From NCBI GenBank assembly GCA_050258455.1, contig JBLMYT010000132.1:82349-146348 (forward strand): 64,000 nt of DNA. Reading direction: 5' to 3'. The notes under the pieces were generated by a model that was given only the letters and a program-made list of their open reading frames with translations, made no database searches and had not been told where the DNA came from. The translations under genes were made by a program, and so were the position numbers. Source of the stretch: Candidatus Omnitrophota bacterium. Its GTDB lineage: Bacteria; Acidobacteriota; Aminicenantia; UBA2199. Shown here in pieces: positions 63,401-64,000 of this stretch; the first letter of the stretch is position 1, and each line of letters opens with the position of its first letter.

Positions 63401-63657
63401 CTTACCATCTTGTCCTATCCCGATATGCTTCCCCTGAATTACTTTTGGATTTACACCCCGATTCAATAGACAAAGCAATACGGAAAATATTTACTCCCGG
63501 AGAAGAAACCGAATCCGTATATTTGCATTTGCAAAAACTCATACGCCGAAATAAGGAAAAACCCAATCCGCTTTGGAATTCATGGATCAAAACCACTCAA
63601 TCAAAACGTATAAAGGAGATCAAAGCGTTGCTTTGGGAAATGGGTACCAATGAGTGA
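60403..63657 (+). CDS. TIR domain - P-loop NTPase (NB-ARC/STAND-like) - TPR repeat protein
   Basis: N-terminal KIFISYSHEDKAF (TIR_2-type), a Walker A motif LVNGLGGIGKTEVC, a Walker B-like region LLVLDN, then about 12 TPR units of 42 aa (e.g. LATSYNNISLIYQTMGQLDRALEFQLKAIEIAEAVLDPRHPD). Confidence 0.85.
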   Translation: MKKKIFISYSHEDKAFKDMLVKQLKVLELEGNLDLWEDSRIETGIDWFPEIEKAINNAHIAVLMISAGFLTSNFIKGKEVPTIIRRRKKEGLIVLPLFVKPCPWKSVPWLSPIQGFPSDNKTLINMIKGEQLKCLAEFAEKINKIIPCELFTPLPSRKVHLIGREKDLISLENSLNKSDRVVLVNGLGGIGKTEVCKAFFLKNYKIYWYAAWVDWISSVRESMVNALGKDNSTFISVDETDTPDDRFEKIKQKLGQIREPFLLVLDNIQNPNDPDLDLFNLLPASIKVLANSRSKIDGYELRGLDFLSPADCKTLFYEFYKWKRDDERVEKVLTLCGYHTLTVELLAKTAYHAAMTIGDLYQTLNSRGFNLNRSETVSTFWHDEKEKKTFFDHLLKVFDISGVTEKELSILINMSVLPSIYIPIVWIAEWLKLKDNTEIASLIEKGWLKRDEELRIYMHPAIQEVVKYKTKPDTKKCEVLIDSIGKKLYLKPGDNPIHKKEYVIYGESVVRGMGEEKDKGLSALANNLSIIYSSMGQLNRALEFQLKALKIREAVLDSQHPDLAASYNNTSMICRTMGQLDRALEFQLKALDIREAVLDSQHPDLATSYSNVSIIYLTMGQLDRALEFQLKAIEIYEAVLDPQHPYLATSYDNISKIYLTMGQLDRALEFQLKAIEIAEAVLDSRHPDLADSYNNISLIYQTMGQLDRALEFQLKAIEIAEAVLDPRHPSLAILYNNISMIYKNMGQSDRALEFQLKAIEIAEAVFAPQHPDLATSYNNISLIYQVMGQLDRALEFQLKAIEIREGVLDPRHPSLATSYNNVSMIYKDMSRLDRALEFQLKALKIREVVLDPQHPDLAASYNNISMIYQNRGQLDRALEFQLKSIKFREAVLGPQHPDLAVSYDNLALICKDMGQFGSALESQLKAIEIREAVLPPQHPDLATSYDNISMIYRGMNQLDRALEFQQKAVEIRKAVEELRKKAEKKRDQKLLKEEDIPMMAYHLVLSRYASPELLLDLHPDSIDKAIRKIFTPGEETESVYLHLQKLIRRNKEKPNPLWNSWIKTTQSKRIKEIKALLWEMGTNE

Positions 63658-64000
63658 AAATCTTTTCACAAAACTGGAAGGACTATCCGAAAGGATACTG
63701 AGCGGAGAAGTTGTCTTTTTTATAGGGGCAGGCTTTTCCATTGAAAGTGAGGACAATTCCAGTAAACGATTAATAAGGCGATTACTTATACGCTTTTTAG
63801 CAATAACTGACGTCTTATGCGAAATGAATTCCATCGAAAAAAACACAAAAGAGACTTCAGAAAAATTAAAAAAAATTTTACTGAACAGGTATGAGTTGAA
63901 GGAGTTGAGTGACTTGAAGGAGTTAACAAGTAATGATATCATTAAAAATAATGCTATCATTGAAAAATTGGCCCGTGATTACTACCAAATTAACGATTGG
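63650..64000 (+). CDS. SIR2-like (SIR2_2/DHS-like NAD-binding) domain protein, partial (runs off window end)
   Basis: The ATG overlaps the upstream stop (ATGAGTGA). The N-terminal motif GEVVFFIGAGFSIES is typical of SIR2-like defense proteins. Confidence 0.6.
   Translation, partial: MSENLFTKLEGLSERILSGEVVFFIGAGFSIESEDNSSKRLIRRLLIRFLAITDVLCEMNSIEKNTKETSEKLKKILLNRYELKELSDLKELTSNDIIKNNAIIEKLARDYYQINDW

Noticed and set aside
62381-63478. Three minus-strand ORFs (116, 91 and 140 aa) with repetitive IPLRLFQSL peptides
   Set aside because: They are antisense reading of the TPR repeat array of the TIR-STAND gene.

Overview
This 64 kb window reads as a bacterial chromosomal segment with compact genes, GGAGG-type ribosome-binding sites and about 45% GC.

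Positions 1-17205 on the minus strand are a single uninterrupted reading frame encoding a giant non-ribosomal peptide synthetase (NRPS). Its 3' end runs past the window start. Its organisation reads: a condensation-domain fragment, then C-C-A-T, C-A-T, C-A-T-E, C-A-T and a terminal thioesterase. The frame contains in-frame copies of a GC-rich hairpin repeat, polypurine low-complexity inserts, and long near-identical inter-module segments. The same hairpin repeat also occurs in an intergenic region at about 57.3 kb.

The NRPS promoter region (about 17.2-17.85 kb) is an AT-rich array of degenerate repeats with a roughly 21 bp period.

Downstream on the plus strand is a run of housekeeping-type genes: a metallophosphoesterase, a GAF-like protein, ddl, ruvX/yqgF, mltG, a SAM-dependent methyltransferase, a PP2C-type phosphatase, a cyclase, dus, yjbQ, a BNR-repeat protein and a beta-propeller protein. 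These are followed by an ABC exporter and two paralogous XRE-family regulators. An sbnA/sbnB-like gene pair, the known route to L-2,3-diaminopropionate, lies at 34.0-36.0 kb and probably supplies the NRPS.

The middle of the window carries a lytic transglycosylase, tRNA-Arg(CCG), a DMT-family permease and a GldA/F/G-like ABC operon with a DUF4340 gene. It also has a DUF2029-like membrane glycosyltransferase, a PD-(D/E)XK nuclease fused to two topoisomerase-type zinc ribbons, and an asnB-like amidotransferase. The asnB-like gene is operonic with a 1030-aa protein whose internal domain I recognise from memory as protein-glutaminase-like. Three tandem outer-membrane beta-barrel paralogs, a secreted hypothetical protein, era and a dehydrogenase follow.

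The 3' end of the window holds a roughly 600 bp array of 42-45 bp tandem repeats, then an internally duplicated secreted protein. After that comes a candidate defense island: an AAA-ATPase-like/PD-(D/E)XK protein, a small ORF, a 1084-aa TIR-P-loop NTPase-TPR (STAND-like) protein, and an overlapping SIR2-like gene that runs off the window end.
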